Below the pieces are notes generated by a model. It was not told the DNA's origin. It saw only the letters and a program-made list of their open reading frames with translations, and made no database searches. From assembly GCA_963769025.1 (NCBI GenBank), contig CAVYKI010000003.1, forward strand, positions 864,001-928,000: a DNA stretch of 64,000 bases, read 5' to 3'. This DNA comes from an uncultured Verrucomicrobiae bacterium (GTDB taxonomy: Bacteria; Verrucomicrobiota; Verrucomicrobiia; Chthoniobacterales; Chthoniobacteraceae). Positions 29,718 through 39,832 of the stretch are shown piece after piece. Within the stretch, counting starts at the first letter, position 1. Each line of letters opens with the position of its first letter. Made by a program: the position numbers and the translations under genes.

Positions 29718-30601
29718 CCGCGCGGGTGGAATTTCCGGTGCACGGCCTTTAGCCGGCTCTGATCGACGTGCGTGTAGATTTGCGTCGTCGAGATGTCGGC
29801 ATGGCCGAGCAGCTCCTGGATGATGCGCAGATCCGCGCCGCCGCCGAGCAGGTGCGTGGCGAAGCTGTGCCGCAGCAGATGCGGATACACGCGCGTTTCG
29901 ATGCCGGCGCGCTTTGCGGTGCCCTTCACGATCTGCCAGAGGCGCGAGGTCGTGAGCGACTTGCCGTGGTGCGAGAGGAAGACGTGGCTGCCGGTGCGCT
30001 TCGAGACGAGCCGCGGGCGCTCGGTGGCGAGATACGCGTTGATGGCCTCGCACGCCTTCGTGCCGACGGGGACGATGCGCGTCTTGTTGCCCTTGCCGGT
30101 CACGCGGATCATGCGGTTGTCGAGGTCGAGAGTTTCGAGGCGCGCGCCGGTGAGTTCGCTCGCGCGGAGTCCGCTTGCGTAGAGCAGCTCGAGCATCGCG
30201 CGGTCGCGCAGGCCGAGCGGCAGCCTGGTGTCCACGGCGGCGAGCAGGCGTTCGACGAGCGGCTCGTTCAGCGTCTCGGGCAGGTAGCGCTCCATGCGCG
30301 GCAGCGGCAGGACATCGGCGACGTCGTGCGGGATGCGCGTGCGCACCGCGAGCCAGCGGAAGAAGATTTTCAGCGCGACGATCTCCAGCTTGATGCTCGA
30401 TGCGGCGAGGCCCGCGCGTTTTCGCTCCGCGAGAAAATCCTGCAAGTGCGCGAGCGTGACGGCGGCGGGCTCGGCGAGCTGCTTGCGCTGCGCCCACGCG
30501 GCGAATGTCTCCAGCGAGCGGCGCGTGGAGAGCTGGTAGTTGTCCGAGAGCCCGCGCTCGGTCGCGAGGTAGAGGATGAAGTCCTCGATGTCCGCGCGCA
30601 T
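29714..30601 (-). CDS. xerD: Tyrosine recombinase XerD (or XerC)
   Basis: RDRAMLELLYASGLR, GKGNKTR, HLLRHSFATH, LGHADISTTQIYTHV, HPR. Confidence 0.9.
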   Translation of the reverse strand: MRADIEDFILYLATERGLSDNYQLSTRRSLETFAAWAQRKQLAEPAAVTLAHLQDFLAERKRAGLAASSIKLEIVALKIFFRWLAVRTRIPHDVADVLPLPRMERYLPETLNEPLVERLLAAVDTRLPLGLRDRAMLELLYASGLRASELTGARLETLDLDNRMIRVTGKGNKTRIVPVGTKACEAINAYLATERPRLVSKRTGSHVFLSHHGKSLTTSRLWQIVKGTAKRAGIETRVYPHLLRHSFATHLLGGGADLRIIQELLGHADISTTQIYTHVDQSRLKAVHRKFHPRG

Positions 30602-31392
30602 CACGCCGCGGAGTGAAGAAACGCGGTGAGCGGGCTCGTCGCGCTTGCGGTGACGCCGCGCGCGGCGAGTCCCGTCTCGTGCGCCTCGCGCCCGGCCTCG
30701 ACGGCCATGCGAAATGCGCGCGCCATCCGCACCGGGTCCGGCGCGATGGCGATGGCGGTGTTCACAAGCACGGCAGCCGCGCCCATTTCGAGAGCTTCGG
30801 CGGCCTGGCTCGGTGCGCCGATGCCGGCGTCCACGACGACAGGCACGGTGCATTGATCGAGGATGATCTCGATCTGCGCGCGCGTCTCGATGCCGCGGTT
30901 GCTGCCGATGGGTGAGCCGAGCGGCATCACCGTCGCGCAGCCCACGTCCTCGAGGCGCTTCGCGAGCACGGGGTCGGCATTGATATAGGGCAGCACGGTG
31001 AAGCCTTCCTTCACGAGAATCTCCGCGGCCTTCAGCGTCTCGATCGGGTCGGGCAGCAGGTAGCGCGGGTCGGGATGGATCTCCAATTTCACCCAGTCGC
31101 TGATGCCCGCCGTGCGAGCGAGTCTCGCAAGACGCACGGCTTCATCGGCGTTCATCGCGCCGCTCGTGTTTGGCAGCAGCAGGTATTTTTTCGGGTCAAT
31201 GAAATCGAGGATGTTCGCAAACGGGTCGCCTTTCCCCGACAGGTCCGCGCGGCGCAGCGCGACGGTGACGATCTCCGTGCCGCTCTCCGCGAGCGCGTCG
31301 GCCATGGCCTGGTTCGAGGAAAATTTCCCCGTCCCGAGCAGGAGCCGCGAGCGGAAGGTGCGGCCGGCGATGACGAGCGGTTCAGTGGGCAT
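30601..31392 (-). CDS. thiG: Thiazole synthase
   Basis: [37 protein letters not shown]. Confidence 0.97.
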   Translation of the reverse strand: MPTEPLVIAGRTFRSRLLLGTGKFSSNQAMADALAESGTEIVTVALRRADLSGKGDPFANILDFIDPKKYLLLPNTSGAMNADEAVRLARLARTAGISDWVKLEIHPDPRYLLPDPIETLKAAEILVKEGFTVLPYINADPVLAKRLEDVGCATVMPLGSPIGSNRGIETRAQIEIILDQCTVPVVVDAGIGAPSQAAEALEMGAAAVLVNTAIAIAPDPVRMARAFRMAVEAGREAHETGLAARGVTASATSPLTAFLHSAA

Positions 31393-31446
31393 GTCGAGGG
31401 AGACTACACGCGTGGAAAAATTCGCGCACGCGGAAAGCGGAACGGT

Positions 31447-31600
31447 GTGTCTCGGGGAGCGCGGGCGCCTCGCCTGCCGTATTCCGCGCCTCGCGGAATA
31501 CACCCGGATGCCCAAGGCCAACCGAAAACAAACCGACGCCCAGTGTGCCGCGCGGGGCGCACGGCACGGCGCGCGAGGGCGCGCGCGCTCCCCGAGACAC
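31447..31600. repeat. Long palindromic intergenic REP-like element
   Basis: Terminal inverted repeat GTGTCTCGGGGAGCGCG ... CGCGCTCCCCGAGACAC with internal hairpins. Confidence 0.8.
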
Positions 31601-31623
31601 GCAGTCCTGCTCCTCGCGCACGC

Positions 31624-32397
31624 TCACAGCCGCACCGGCACATCGTGCGTGGCGAGGAAGCGCTTCACGTCGCCGACGGTGTAGGTGCCGAAATGGAAGA
31701 TGCTCGCCGCGAGCACGGCATCCGCGCGGCCTTCGCCCAGGACCTCCGCCATGTGCTCCAGCGAACCCGCGCCGCCGCTCGCGACCACGGGCACGCCGAC
31801 GGCTTCGCTCACCCGGCGAGTGATCACGAGGTCGTAGCCCTGCTTCGTGCCGTCGGCGTCAATCGAGTTCAGCACGATCTCGCCTGCGCCGCGGCGCACG
31901 GCTTCCTCGGCCCACTCGACGGCGCTCCACTTCGTCTCCTCGCGCCCGCCTTTCACGAAAACCTTCCACACGCCGGGCGCGGTGCGTTTGCAATCAATGG
32001 AGACGACGATGCACTGGCTGCCGAATTTCTCCGCGCCCGCCGTGATCAGCTCGGGCGTGGCGATGGCGCTGGAGTTGATGCTCACCTTGTCCGCGCCGGC
32101 CTTCAGCATCGCGCTCATGTCGTCCACCGCGCGGATGCCGCCGCCGACGGTGAGCGGCATGAAGCAGCACGACGCCGTGCGTTCGATCACCTCCACCATC
32201 GTCGCGCGGCCATGTGCGCTCGCGGTGATGTCAAAAAAAACCATCTCATCCGCACCCTGCTCATTGTAGCGCTGAGCGAGCGCGACGGGATCGCCGACAT
32301 TGCGCAGCCCACCCTCCTCGGCGCGGCCGAATTGCACGCCACGGGTGACTTTCCCGTCGTGGACGTCGAGGCAGGGGATGACGCGTTTGGTGAGCAT
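31624..32397 (-). CDS. hisF: Imidazole glycerol phosphate synthase cyclase subunit
   Basis: [36 protein letters not shown]. Confidence 0.97.
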   Translation of the reverse strand: MLTKRVIPCLDVHDGKVTRGVQFGRAEEGGLRNVGDPVALAQRYNEQGADEMVFFDITASAHGRATMVEVIERTASCCFMPLTVGGGIRAVDDMSAMLKAGADKVSINSSAIATPELITAGAEKFGSQCIVVSIDCKRTAPGVWKVFVKGGREETKWSAVEWAEEAVRRGAGEIVLNSIDADGTKQGYDLVITRRVSEAVGVPVVASGGAGSLEHMAEVLGEGRADAVLAASIFHFGTYTVGDVKRFLATHDVPVRL

Positions 32398-32457
32398 TAT
32401 TGGAGTTTGCGTGAAAAGGGTCAGTCTCTAGCCTGCGCGGCGCGCGTATTCAACTGT

Positions 32458-33264
32458 ATGAGCGAAAATCCCCATTCACCCACCCCGAAGAAGGAGGTGA
32501 TTGCGCCGCATCACGAATCGCTCGCGGAGGAATTTGCCGACGACCCACCTGTCTTGGCGCCCAACTACGGCGAGGCGCGCCTTTGGCTGGTCGCCCGCGA
32601 TCCTTACAGCCTTTTTGCCTATTGGGATTTTCGCCCGGCGGAACACCCCGAAGCCACCGGCGCGGATGGCCGCACGCGTTTCTCCCTGCGGATTTATGGC
32701 GAGGACGGTGCAGTCGAGATGGTCATCGAAATTCCGGCCGGCACCGGCCACACCTTCATTACCGCGCCCGCGCCGGACCGCGGTTACTTCGCCGAGTTGG
32801 GTTTTTTTGAAGATGCCACCTGGTGCTTCCTCGCCCACTCCGGCAACACGCGGACCCCGCCCGAACTGCCCGGCACGGAAACTCCGGCGACATTTGTCAC
32901 GATCCCGGCTGCTGTCAGTCTCGAAAAAATCGCTCACGTGCTCGCTCATGTCGCGCTGCCCGGCGAGAGCCTCGCGGCAACCACGGCACGCATCCAGGAG
33001 GACGCCCGGCTGCATCGCGACTGGACGCCCGAGCACGAGCGCCTCCTCGCGGAAATCTTCGGCGAAAATACGGCCAGCGCCGTGGCACCATCCGCGAATC
33101 CGCTGTCGCTCACCCGGCGCATCCAGCTAAAGCTCACGGATGCTGCGACGGCGGCTGCACCCTGCGCGCCCATCCCCGCTCCAGTCGTGGGTGACGCGGG
33201 TGAAGGCGCTTCTTCGCACACTGCGGGCCAGCTTGCGGGAGGGCAGCCTCTCAGCCGAACTTGA
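32458..33264 (+). CDS. DUF4912 domain protein
   Basis: YGEARLWLVARDPYSLFAYWD, YFAELG, SGNTRTP. Confidence 0.8.
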   Translation: MSENPHSPTPKKEVIAPHHESLAEEFADDPPVLAPNYGEARLWLVARDPYSLFAYWDFRPAEHPEATGADGRTRFSLRIYGEDGAVEMVIEIPAGTGHTFITAPAPDRGYFAELGFFEDATWCFLAHSGNTRTPPELPGTETPATFVTIPAAVSLEKIAHVLAHVALPGESLAATTARIQEDARLHRDWTPEHERLLAEIFGENTASAVAPSANPLSLTRRIQLKLTDAATAAAPCAPIPAPVVGDAGEGASSHTAGQLAGGQPLSRT

Positions 33265-34118
33265 AAATCATACCCTCCTTCATCACGCGACGGCGTTTCA
33301 TTTACGGCTGCCTCGCGCTCGGTGCGGGTGCGGCCTCATGGACGCGGTTCATCGAGCCATGGTGGTTCAAGATCGCGAACCATACGGTGCCGCTCGGCCT
33401 CGGCGGGGAGCCCCTGCGAGTTTTGCAGCTCTCCGACATGCACGCGGACCCGATGCCTTTGTCCTATCTGGCGAAGACATTTCGTGCCGGCCTCGCGCTG
33501 AAGCCCGATCTGATCTGCGTGACGGGCGATTTCATCACCGAGAAATTCGACCTGTGGAACGAATACGCCGCGCTCCTTGCCGAGCTTTCCGCCGCCGCGC
33601 CGACATTCGCCGTTCTCGGAAATCACGACGGCGGCAAATGGGCTTACCGCCCCGGCTGGCACCATGGCTACCCAGACACGAAGCCCATCCGCGCGATGCT
33701 CGACACCGCACGGATCTCGCTGCTGCACAACCGCCGTGAGCGCCTCGCAATCCGCGGCCACGCGCTCGACCTCGTGGGCCTTGGCGACTGGTGGGCGGAT
33801 GAAATGAATCCCGGCGCCGCATTCTCCGGCTGGAAGCGCGAGCCGGGCGTGCCGGTGATTCTCCTTTCGCACAATCCCGACACGAAGGAGCGCCTGCTGC
33901 CATTCGGGTGGGAAGTGATGCTCAGCGGTCACACGCATGGCGGGCAGCTCTCGCTCCCATTCGTCGGCGAACCGTTCGCGCCGATCCGCGACAAGCGTTT
34001 CGTGCGCGGCCTGTATCGCTGGGAAGATCGCTGGCTCCACGTCACCGCCGGAGTCGGCGCACTGCACACGGCGCGCTTCAACTGCCGCCCCGAGGTGAGC
34101 CTGCTCACGCTCACTTAA
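33261..34118 (+). CDS. YaeI/YkuE-like metallophosphoesterase
   Basis: TRRRF leader, SDMH, GDF, GNHD, HNPD, GHTHGGQ, RFNCRPE. Confidence 0.92.
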   Translation: MKIIPSFITRRRFIYGCLALGAGAASWTRFIEPWWFKIANHTVPLGLGGEPLRVLQLSDMHADPMPLSYLAKTFRAGLALKPDLICVTGDFITEKFDLWNEYAALLAELSAAAPTFAVLGNHDGGKWAYRPGWHHGYPDTKPIRAMLDTARISLLHNRRERLAIRGHALDLVGLGDWWADEMNPGAAFSGWKREPGVPVILLSHNPDTKERLLPFGWEVMLSGHTHGGQLSLPFVGEPFAPIRDKRFVRGLYRWEDRWLHVTAGVGALHTARFNCRPEVSLLTLT

Positions 34119-35485
34119 CCGTAGCGCAGCGCCTGGATGGGATTGAGTTTCGCCGCCTTCACCGCGGGAAAAAGGCCGGCGACGATGCCGACCACGACGC
34201 TGAAGGCGAAGGCGAGGAGCATGCTCTCCGCGACGATCACGGGTGCATTTTCACTTGGGGAAACGCTGACGATGATTTTGATCAGCAGGGCCGAGGTGAG
34301 CAGTCCCATGAGCCCGCCGATGATGGCGATGACCGTGCTCTCGACGAGGATCTGCGTGAACACATTGAAAAAGGTCGCGCCGATCGCCTTGCGGATTCCG
34401 ATCTCGCGCACGCGCTCGGTGATGCTCGCGAGCATGATGTTCATGATACCTATCCCGCCCGCGATGAGACTGATCGCGGCGATGATTCCGCCGCTCATGC
34501 GCGCGTTGCGGATCGCCTGGTTGATGCTCTCCAGGTTGTTCTCCTGCGTGGCGAACATGAAATCCTCGATGCCGTTGTGCGTGGCGAGAAGGACGTTCCT
34601 CGCCTGGCCGAGCGCGGCATCCATTTCGGCGAGATCGGTCACCTTCAGGTCGATGTCACTGAGCGTGGCATCGGGAACGTTGTTTGTGCCGCTGGCGGCA
34701 CGGAAGCGGAGCCACATCGTGTTCATGGGGATGTAGGCGGTCAGGTTCTTGCGCTCGAAGGCCCACGTGCTCCCGCTGCTTCCTCCGCGGTAGCCCGGGC
34801 GGCCGCGTTCGACGAGATGCTTCTTCGCCTCCTCTGGATGCGCTCGGGCCAGCTCGCGTTTCCGGCGATCCTGCTCGCTCTCGTAGTGCTGGAACATCCC
34901 GACGATGGTAAAGACCTGATGGTTGATCTGGATGTGTTCGCCCAACGGCACGACCTCGCGCCCGAGCTGTTCCGGCGAGCCGAAGAGCGCGTCGCGGATG
35001 CCGGTGCCGATGACGCAGACGGCGCTGGCGTTCTCCTCGTCGATCTCGTTGAAAAAGCGGCCGTGCTCGAGGACGTGGAGATTCATGTCGAGCACGACGG
35101 GCCACACACCGACCAGTTCGGCCGGCTTCATCCGAACTTCACCGCGGGAGAGGATTGCCTTTTCCAGCGCCATCTCCGGCGACACCATGCGGATGAGCGG
35201 TGCGCTCCGCTTCAGCGCCTCCACGTCGCGCAGCGTGCGGCCCGGCGCCTGGTCGGCGAGATGGCTCTGCCAAACGGGGACCGGCGCCTCGCGGGTGAGC
35301 GCCTTGTCGAGTCCGCCGAGCGCGATCATCGCCTCCTTCATCCCGTTCTCCATGCCCTTCACGATCGCCGCCATCGCCACGAGGCTCGAGACGCCGAGCA
35401 CGATGCCCAGCATCGTGAGGAGCGATCGGAACTTGTGCGCGAAAATCTCGCGCAGGCCGACGATGATGGCATTCAGGAAGGACAC
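34115..35485 (-). CDS. MacB-type ABC transporter permease
   Basis: RSLLTMLGIVLG, GGIGIMNIMLASITERVREIGIRKAIGA, LNPIQALRY. Confidence 0.95.
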   Translation of the reverse strand: MSFLNAIIVGLREIFAHKFRSLLTMLGIVLGVSSLVAMAAIVKGMENGMKEAMIALGGLDKALTREAPVPVWQSHLADQAPGRTLRDVEALKRSAPLIRMVSPEMALEKAILSRGEVRMKPAELVGVWPVVLDMNLHVLEHGRFFNEIDEENASAVCVIGTGIRDALFGSPEQLGREVVPLGEHIQINHQVFTIVGMFQHYESEQDRRKRELARAHPEEAKKHLVERGRPGYRGGSSGSTWAFERKNLTAYIPMNTMWLRFRAASGTNNVPDATLSDIDLKVTDLAEMDAALGQARNVLLATHNGIEDFMFATQENNLESINQAIRNARMSGGIIAAISLIAGGIGIMNIMLASITERVREIGIRKAIGATFFNVFTQILVESTVIAIIGGLMGLLTSALLIKIIVSVSPSENAPVIVAESMLLAFAFSVVVGIVAGLFPAVKAAKLNPIQALRYG

Positions 35486-35533
35486 GGTTTTCTTTTTCTG
35501 AAAAAGCCGCCCGTCGCGCAACGGCGCGCCTAG

Positions 35534-37009
35534 CTAGCCGTAGCGCAGCGCCTGGATGGGATTGAGCCTGGCCGCCTTGATGGAAGGGAAGAGCCCCGCG
35601 AGGACGCCCACGCCCACGCTGAACGCGAATGCCAGCGCCATGCTCTCGACGGTGATCACCGGCGTGTTCTCCGTAGGCGACATCGCCACGAGGATCTTCA
35701 CGAGCATGCTCGACGCGAACAGTCCCGCCAGCCCGCCGATGATGGCGATGACCACACTCTCCACGAGAATCTGCGTGAACACATCAAAGAACGTCGCGCC
35801 GATCGCCTTGCGGATTCCGATCTCCCGCACGCGCTCCGTGATGCTCGCCAGCATGATGTTCATGATTCCGATGCCGCCGACGAGCAGGCTGATCGCGGCG
35901 ATGATGCCGCCACTCATTCGCGCATTGCTGATAGCCTGCGTGATGCCCTCCGACCAGTTCTCCTGCGTGCGGAATGAAAAATCCTCGATGCCCTTGTGCG
36001 AGTGCATCAGGACGTTCTTCGCCTGCTGCAGCGCCTCGTCCATTTTGTCGATGTCCGCGATTTTGATGGAGAGCGTGGAAAGGCGCGGATCGGGAACGAA
36101 CTCGGCGGTGGCCGAACTGCCGCTCTGGCTGCTGCTGGAACTCGAGCTGCCGCCGCCGCCGCGACTCCCGCCGGATGAGGAACCGCTGCCGGACGAGCCG
36201 GTGGCCGCGCGGAACCTCAGCCACATCGTGTTCAGCGGGATGTAAACCGTGTTGTTCTTCAGATCGAAGACGAAGCCGCCCGGCGATCGGCTGCCGCTCT
36301 TGCTCCCGCTCATGCTTCCGAAGCCGCGGCTGCGCTCGGGGCCACCCTTTGTCTCGGCGGGCTTGTCCGTCTCCATCGAGCGCATTTTTTTGTCCTGCTC
36401 GCTCTCGTAGTGCTCGAACATGCCGATGATTTTGAACCGCTGGCTGTTGATGTTCAGAAACTCGCCGACGGGATTGATCACGCGCCCGATCTGTTCCGGC
36501 GAACCAAAGAGCGCGTCGCGGACCGCGGTGCCGATTACGCAGACGTTGCGCGCGTGCTCGTCGTCGAGGTCGTTGAACATGCGGCCGTGTTCGATGACGT
36601 GCTGGTTGAGTTCGAGTGCATTGGGCCAGGTGCCGAGAAAATACCATGGATTGTAGCTCTTCACGCCGCGCGAGAGGGTGATGCTGCGGACGCGCATCTC
36701 CGGGACGACCATCGTCACCAGCGGCGCGCTGCGGATGAGCGCATGGACGTCGTCCATCGTCGTGCCCACCGCCTGGTCGGCGAGGTGCTGCTGCCACACG
36801 GGGATGTCCTGTTCCTCGACGCGCACTTTTTCCAATCCTCCAATGGCGATGAGCGCCTCCTTCATCCCGTTTTCCATGCCCTTCGTCAGCGCCGACATGG
36901 CCACGAGGCTCGAAACGCCGAGAATGATGCCGAGCATCGTGAGGAGTGAACGGAATTTGTTCGCCCAGATTTCCTTGAAGCCGACGGCGATGGCGTTGAA
37001 CCAATTCAT
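35534..37009 (-). CDS. MacB-type ABC transporter permease (paralogue)
   Basis: Same motifs as the downstream permease, with Ser/Gly-rich inserts. Confidence 0.95.
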   Translation of the reverse strand: MNWFNAIAVGFKEIWANKFRSLLTMLGIILGVSSLVAMSALTKGMENGMKEALIAIGGLEKVRVEEQDIPVWQQHLADQAVGTTMDDVHALIRSAPLVTMVVPEMRVRSITLSRGVKSYNPWYFLGTWPNALELNQHVIEHGRMFNDLDDEHARNVCVIGTAVRDALFGSPEQIGRVINPVGEFLNINSQRFKIIGMFEHYESEQDKKMRSMETDKPAETKGGPERSRGFGSMSGSKSGSRSPGGFVFDLKNNTVYIPLNTMWLRFRAATGSSGSGSSSGGSRGGGGSSSSSSSQSGSSATAEFVPDPRLSTLSIKIADIDKMDEALQQAKNVLMHSHKGIEDFSFRTQENWSEGITQAISNARMSGGIIAAISLLVGGIGIMNIMLASITERVREIGIRKAIGATFFDVFTQILVESVVIAIIGGLAGLFASSMLVKILVAMSPTENTPVITVESMALAFAFSVGVGVLAGLFPSIKAARLNPIQALRYG

Positions 37010-37010
37010 C

Positions 37011-37042
37011 GGAACGCGGAGCGCGGAACGGGGAACGCGGAA
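37011..37042 (+). repeat. Heptamer-periodic repeat (inverted copy)
   Basis: GGAACGC GGAGCGC GGAACGG GGAACGC GGAA. Confidence 0.92.
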
Positions 37043-37113
37043 GGAAGACTCCGCGCAGAGCGCATGAGGTGATCTGAAAGGTGAAACAAAAGGCGCATTC
37101 GGTTCTGCGTTTG

Positions 37114-37518
37114 TCAGGCGTTCGGCTTCGGCTTTTCCGCGTTCCCCGTTCCGCGCTCCGCGTTCCTGGGGCCTTGTCGGGCTGTGTTGATCGAGGCGAC
37201 CGCGATGGCGACAAGTTCGTTGGATTCCCTGAGCAGGTTTGCGGACTTTGCTGCGGCTGTCTTTCCGCTCTCGGTCAGCAACTCGATCCAATAACCGGAT
37301 TCGTCGGCTTCCTCTTCGACGATTCCCATTTTCGAGATGAAGTCGGCATTGGACCTCGCACGTTTCGCAGTCCGGTAGTTCGCACCCGCAGATGTGCCGG
37401 ACCGCAACAATTGTCGCCCGAGAATCCGCGCGGTTTCATCCTTCGGAAGGCCTTCGACAAACGAGATGACTTCGAGCGCGAATTTCTTCGTTCGTTGCTT
37501 CAAATCTGTTGGCGGCAT
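37114..37518 (-). CDS. Four-helix bundle protein (23S rRNA IVP / TIGR02436-like)
   Basis: DLKQRTKKFA, QLLRSGTSAGANY, DFISKMGIVEEEADESGYWIEL, LLRESNELVAI. Confidence 0.93.
   Translation of the reverse strand: MPPTDLKQRTKKFALEVISFVEGLPKDETARILGRQLLRSGTSAGANYRTAKRARSNADFISKMGIVEEEADESGYWIELLTESGKTAAAKSANLLRESNELVAIAVASINTARQGPRNAERGTGNAEKPKPNA
37135..37166 (-). repeat. Heptamer-periodic repeat (copy 2)
   Basis: Plus strand TTCCGCGTTCCCCGTTCCGCGCTCCGCGTTCC. Confidence 0.92.
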
Positions 37519-37525
37519 GGCTGGA

Positions 37526-38293
37526 TCAGGTGCTCGGTTCCGAGTTTTCCGCGTTCCCCGTTCCGCGCTCCGCGTTCATCATAAATTTCGGCCCGGCGTT
37601 TTGGCCGGCGAGCCTGGCATCCACGCTGGCGGCGATCTTGCCGTCGCGGATTTCGATTTTTCGTGGGGTGACAGCCGCGATTTCCGGGTCGTGCGTGACC
37701 AGCGCGATCGTGCGGCCGCGGTGGCTCAGGTCGTGGAAGAGCCGCAGGATGGTCTCGCCGGTGTGCGAGTCGAGGTTGCCGGTCGGCTCGTCGGCAAAGA
37801 CGATTTTCGGATCGTTCACCAGCGCCCGTGCGATGGCGGCGCGCTGCTGCTGGCCGCCGGAAAGTTCCATGGGCCGGTGCTTCGCGCGGTTTTCCATTTC
37901 CACCAGCCGCAGCGCCTCCATCGCGCGGTCGTGGCGCTCGCGGGCGCTCGCGCCGGCGTAGATCATCGGGAGCTCTACGTTCTGGAGGACGCTCAGCTTC
38001 GGCAGCAGATTGAAGAACTGGAAAACGAATCCGATTTTCTGATTCCGGATGCGCGCGAGCTGGCGCGACGAGGCGGTGGAAATCTCCGTGCCGTCGAGCT
38101 TGAAGCTGCCTTTCGTCGGCGAGTCGAGACATCCGAGGACGTGCATGAGCGTGGACTTTCCGCTGCCCGAGGGACCGATGATGGAGATGAATTCGCCGCC
38201 CTCGATGTCGAGGTCCACATTGTCGAGGGCGCGGATTTCCTCGCCACCGAGGTGGTAGATCTTGCTGACGCCGCGAAGTTCGATGAGGGCCAT
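37526..38293 (-). CDS. ABC transporter ATP-binding protein (LolD/MacB-type)
   Basis: GPSGSGKST, LSGGQQQR, ADEPTGNLD, VTHD. Confidence 0.96.
   Translation of the reverse strand: MALIELRGVSKIYHLGGEEIRALDNVDLDIEGGEFISIIGPSGSGKSTLMHVLGCLDSPTKGSFKLDGTEISTASSRQLARIRNQKIGFVFQFFNLLPKLSVLQNVELPMIYAGASARERHDRAMEALRLVEMENRAKHRPMELSGGQQQRAAIARALVNDPKIVFADEPTGNLDSHTGETILRLFHDLSHRGRTIALVTHDPEIAAVTPRKIEIRDGKIAASVDARLAGQNAGPKFMMNAERGTGNAENSEPST
37547..37576 (-). repeat. Heptamer-periodic repeat (copy 3)
   Basis: Plus strand TTCCGCGTTCCCCGTTCCGCGCTCCGCGTT. Confidence 0.92.
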
Positions 38294-38304
38294 GTTCCGA
38301 GGGC

Positions 38305-39579
38305 CTAACCCGGAGCCCCTCCCTTTCCGGGTCCGGATCCCCCGGGCCGCGGCGCGCCCTTTTCTCCTCCACTCTTGTCGTCGCCCTTTTTGCCTCCCGG
38401 TTTCGCCGCGGCGCCGAATGCCTGCTGCACCTGGCCCGCGTCCTCCGACGGCGTGACGAGCGAGACGGTCTCGCCGCCCTCCAGTCCTTTCGTCACCTCC
38501 GCAAAGTCGTAGTCACTCACGCCAATCAAAATCGGAACACGCACAAATTTGTCGTCCTGCTTCACGTAGGCGAACCGGTCGCCCTTGTCGGTGAACACCG
38601 CGGCGAGCGGGATCGCGACAACGTCGTTGGCAGACTGGAGAGGAATGTTGAGGTTCGCCGTCATGCCCGGGCGCAGGCCGGACTTCTCGTCGTTCTTCAC
38701 GATGATGCGCGTGGAAAATCCCTTGATGCCGTTCTTGATCGTCGCCTGCGGCGCGATGCGATCGAGGCGGCCCTGGAGCTTGAGCCCCGCCACGGCTTCG
38801 ACTTCGATCTCGACCTTCTGGTTCACCGTCATGCGCGTCACGTCGGCCTGGTTGATGTGCGCGTTGATGATGAGTTCGCTAAGGTCGGCGATGGTGAGCA
38901 CCTCGGTGCCGCTGTTCACGCCGCTCGCGCCGGACACGGCCTGGCCGACGGACACGGGGCGCGTGAGGATGGTGCAGTCAAAGGGCGCGACGATCTGCGT
39001 CTTCACGAGCTTGTCCTCGACGAGCTGCAGCGCCTTCTCGGACCGCGCGAGGTTGTTCTTGGAAATCTCATAGGCGTTCTTCGCCACCTCCAGTTCGTTC
39101 GCGGTGTTGTCGAAGACCTCCTTGGAAACCAGCTTGCTGTCGAAGAGGTCCTTGTTGCGGTTGAAGCTCAGCTCGACTTTTTCCATCGCGAGCCGCGCTC
39201 CGGTGACCTGCAACCTTGCCCCTTCGATCTCGATCATCCGCTGCGCCTTTTCGGTCTGGAGATCCGTGTCATCGAGCGCGAAGAGCAGTTCGCCCCTCTT
39301 GAGCTTGTCACCGATGTCCACCGTCAGCGTCTCGATGCGCCCGCTGACCTCCGGCCGCACGGAGACCTGCTCCGCCGGGGTGATTTCGCCTGCGGCGCTG
39401 ATCGCAAAGTTGATGTTGCGCGTGCCGGCGACCGCCGTGGTTGCGCGCGAGGGTTTCTTTCCGTGCTCAGCGGCGGCCGATTTCTTCCAGAACATCACCG
39501 TCTCCGGCCATTGCCGCGCGGCGAAATACGTCCCCGCGAGAATCACTGCCACAACAAGCCATAAAATCGGGCGCTTCAT
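38305..39579 (-). CDS. Efflux periplasmic adaptor subunit (MacA-like)
   Basis: N-terminal TM, lipoyl halves (VSGRI..GD; IVAPFD), coiled hairpin, LRPGMTA. Confidence 0.93.
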   Translation of the reverse strand: MKRPILWLVVAVILAGTYFAARQWPETVMFWKKSAAAEHGKKPSRATTAVAGTRNINFAISAAGEITPAEQVSVRPEVSGRIETLTVDIGDKLKRGELLFALDDTDLQTEKAQRMIEIEGARLQVTGARLAMEKVELSFNRNKDLFDSKLVSKEVFDNTANELEVAKNAYEISKNNLARSEKALQLVEDKLVKTQIVAPFDCTILTRPVSVGQAVSGASGVNSGTEVLTIADLSELIINAHINQADVTRMTVNQKVEIEVEAVAGLKLQGRLDRIAPQATIKNGIKGFSTRIIVKNDEKSGLRPGMTANLNIPLQSANDVVAIPLAAVFTDKGDRFAYVKQDDKFVRVPILIGVSDYDFAEVTKGLEGGETVSLVTPSEDAGQVQQAFGAAAKPGGKKGDDKSGGEKGAPRPGGSGPGKGGAPG

Positions 39580-39832
39580 CGTTGGTTCGGAGTGCGGATG
39601 GGGTGAGTGATTCTTGGGTGGCTGCGCGCGGAGCGGAAAGAAACAGCATTCCCGCCGGGAGACAAGCCCGACAGGGTAAACCCGGCCCCCTGCCGGATGT
39701 TGCGCGGCACAGGAAAGCCTCAAAGAAAAGTCGGGATGAAAACCTCGGGAGTGTTCACGCTTTCCCACGTGCGCAAACTCGCGCTTCCGCCGAGGCCTGC
39801 GTGCCGGTGCCACAAAAAATCAGAACCTTCCC

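Noticed and set aside
29714..30601. Tyrosine recombinase as a prophage or island integrase
   Set aside because: Xer-type sequence coupled to thiG in a housekeeping context with no phage genes
37114..37518. Diversity-generating retroelement (Avd-like gene)
   Set aside because: No reverse transcriptase or template/variable repeat pair in the window
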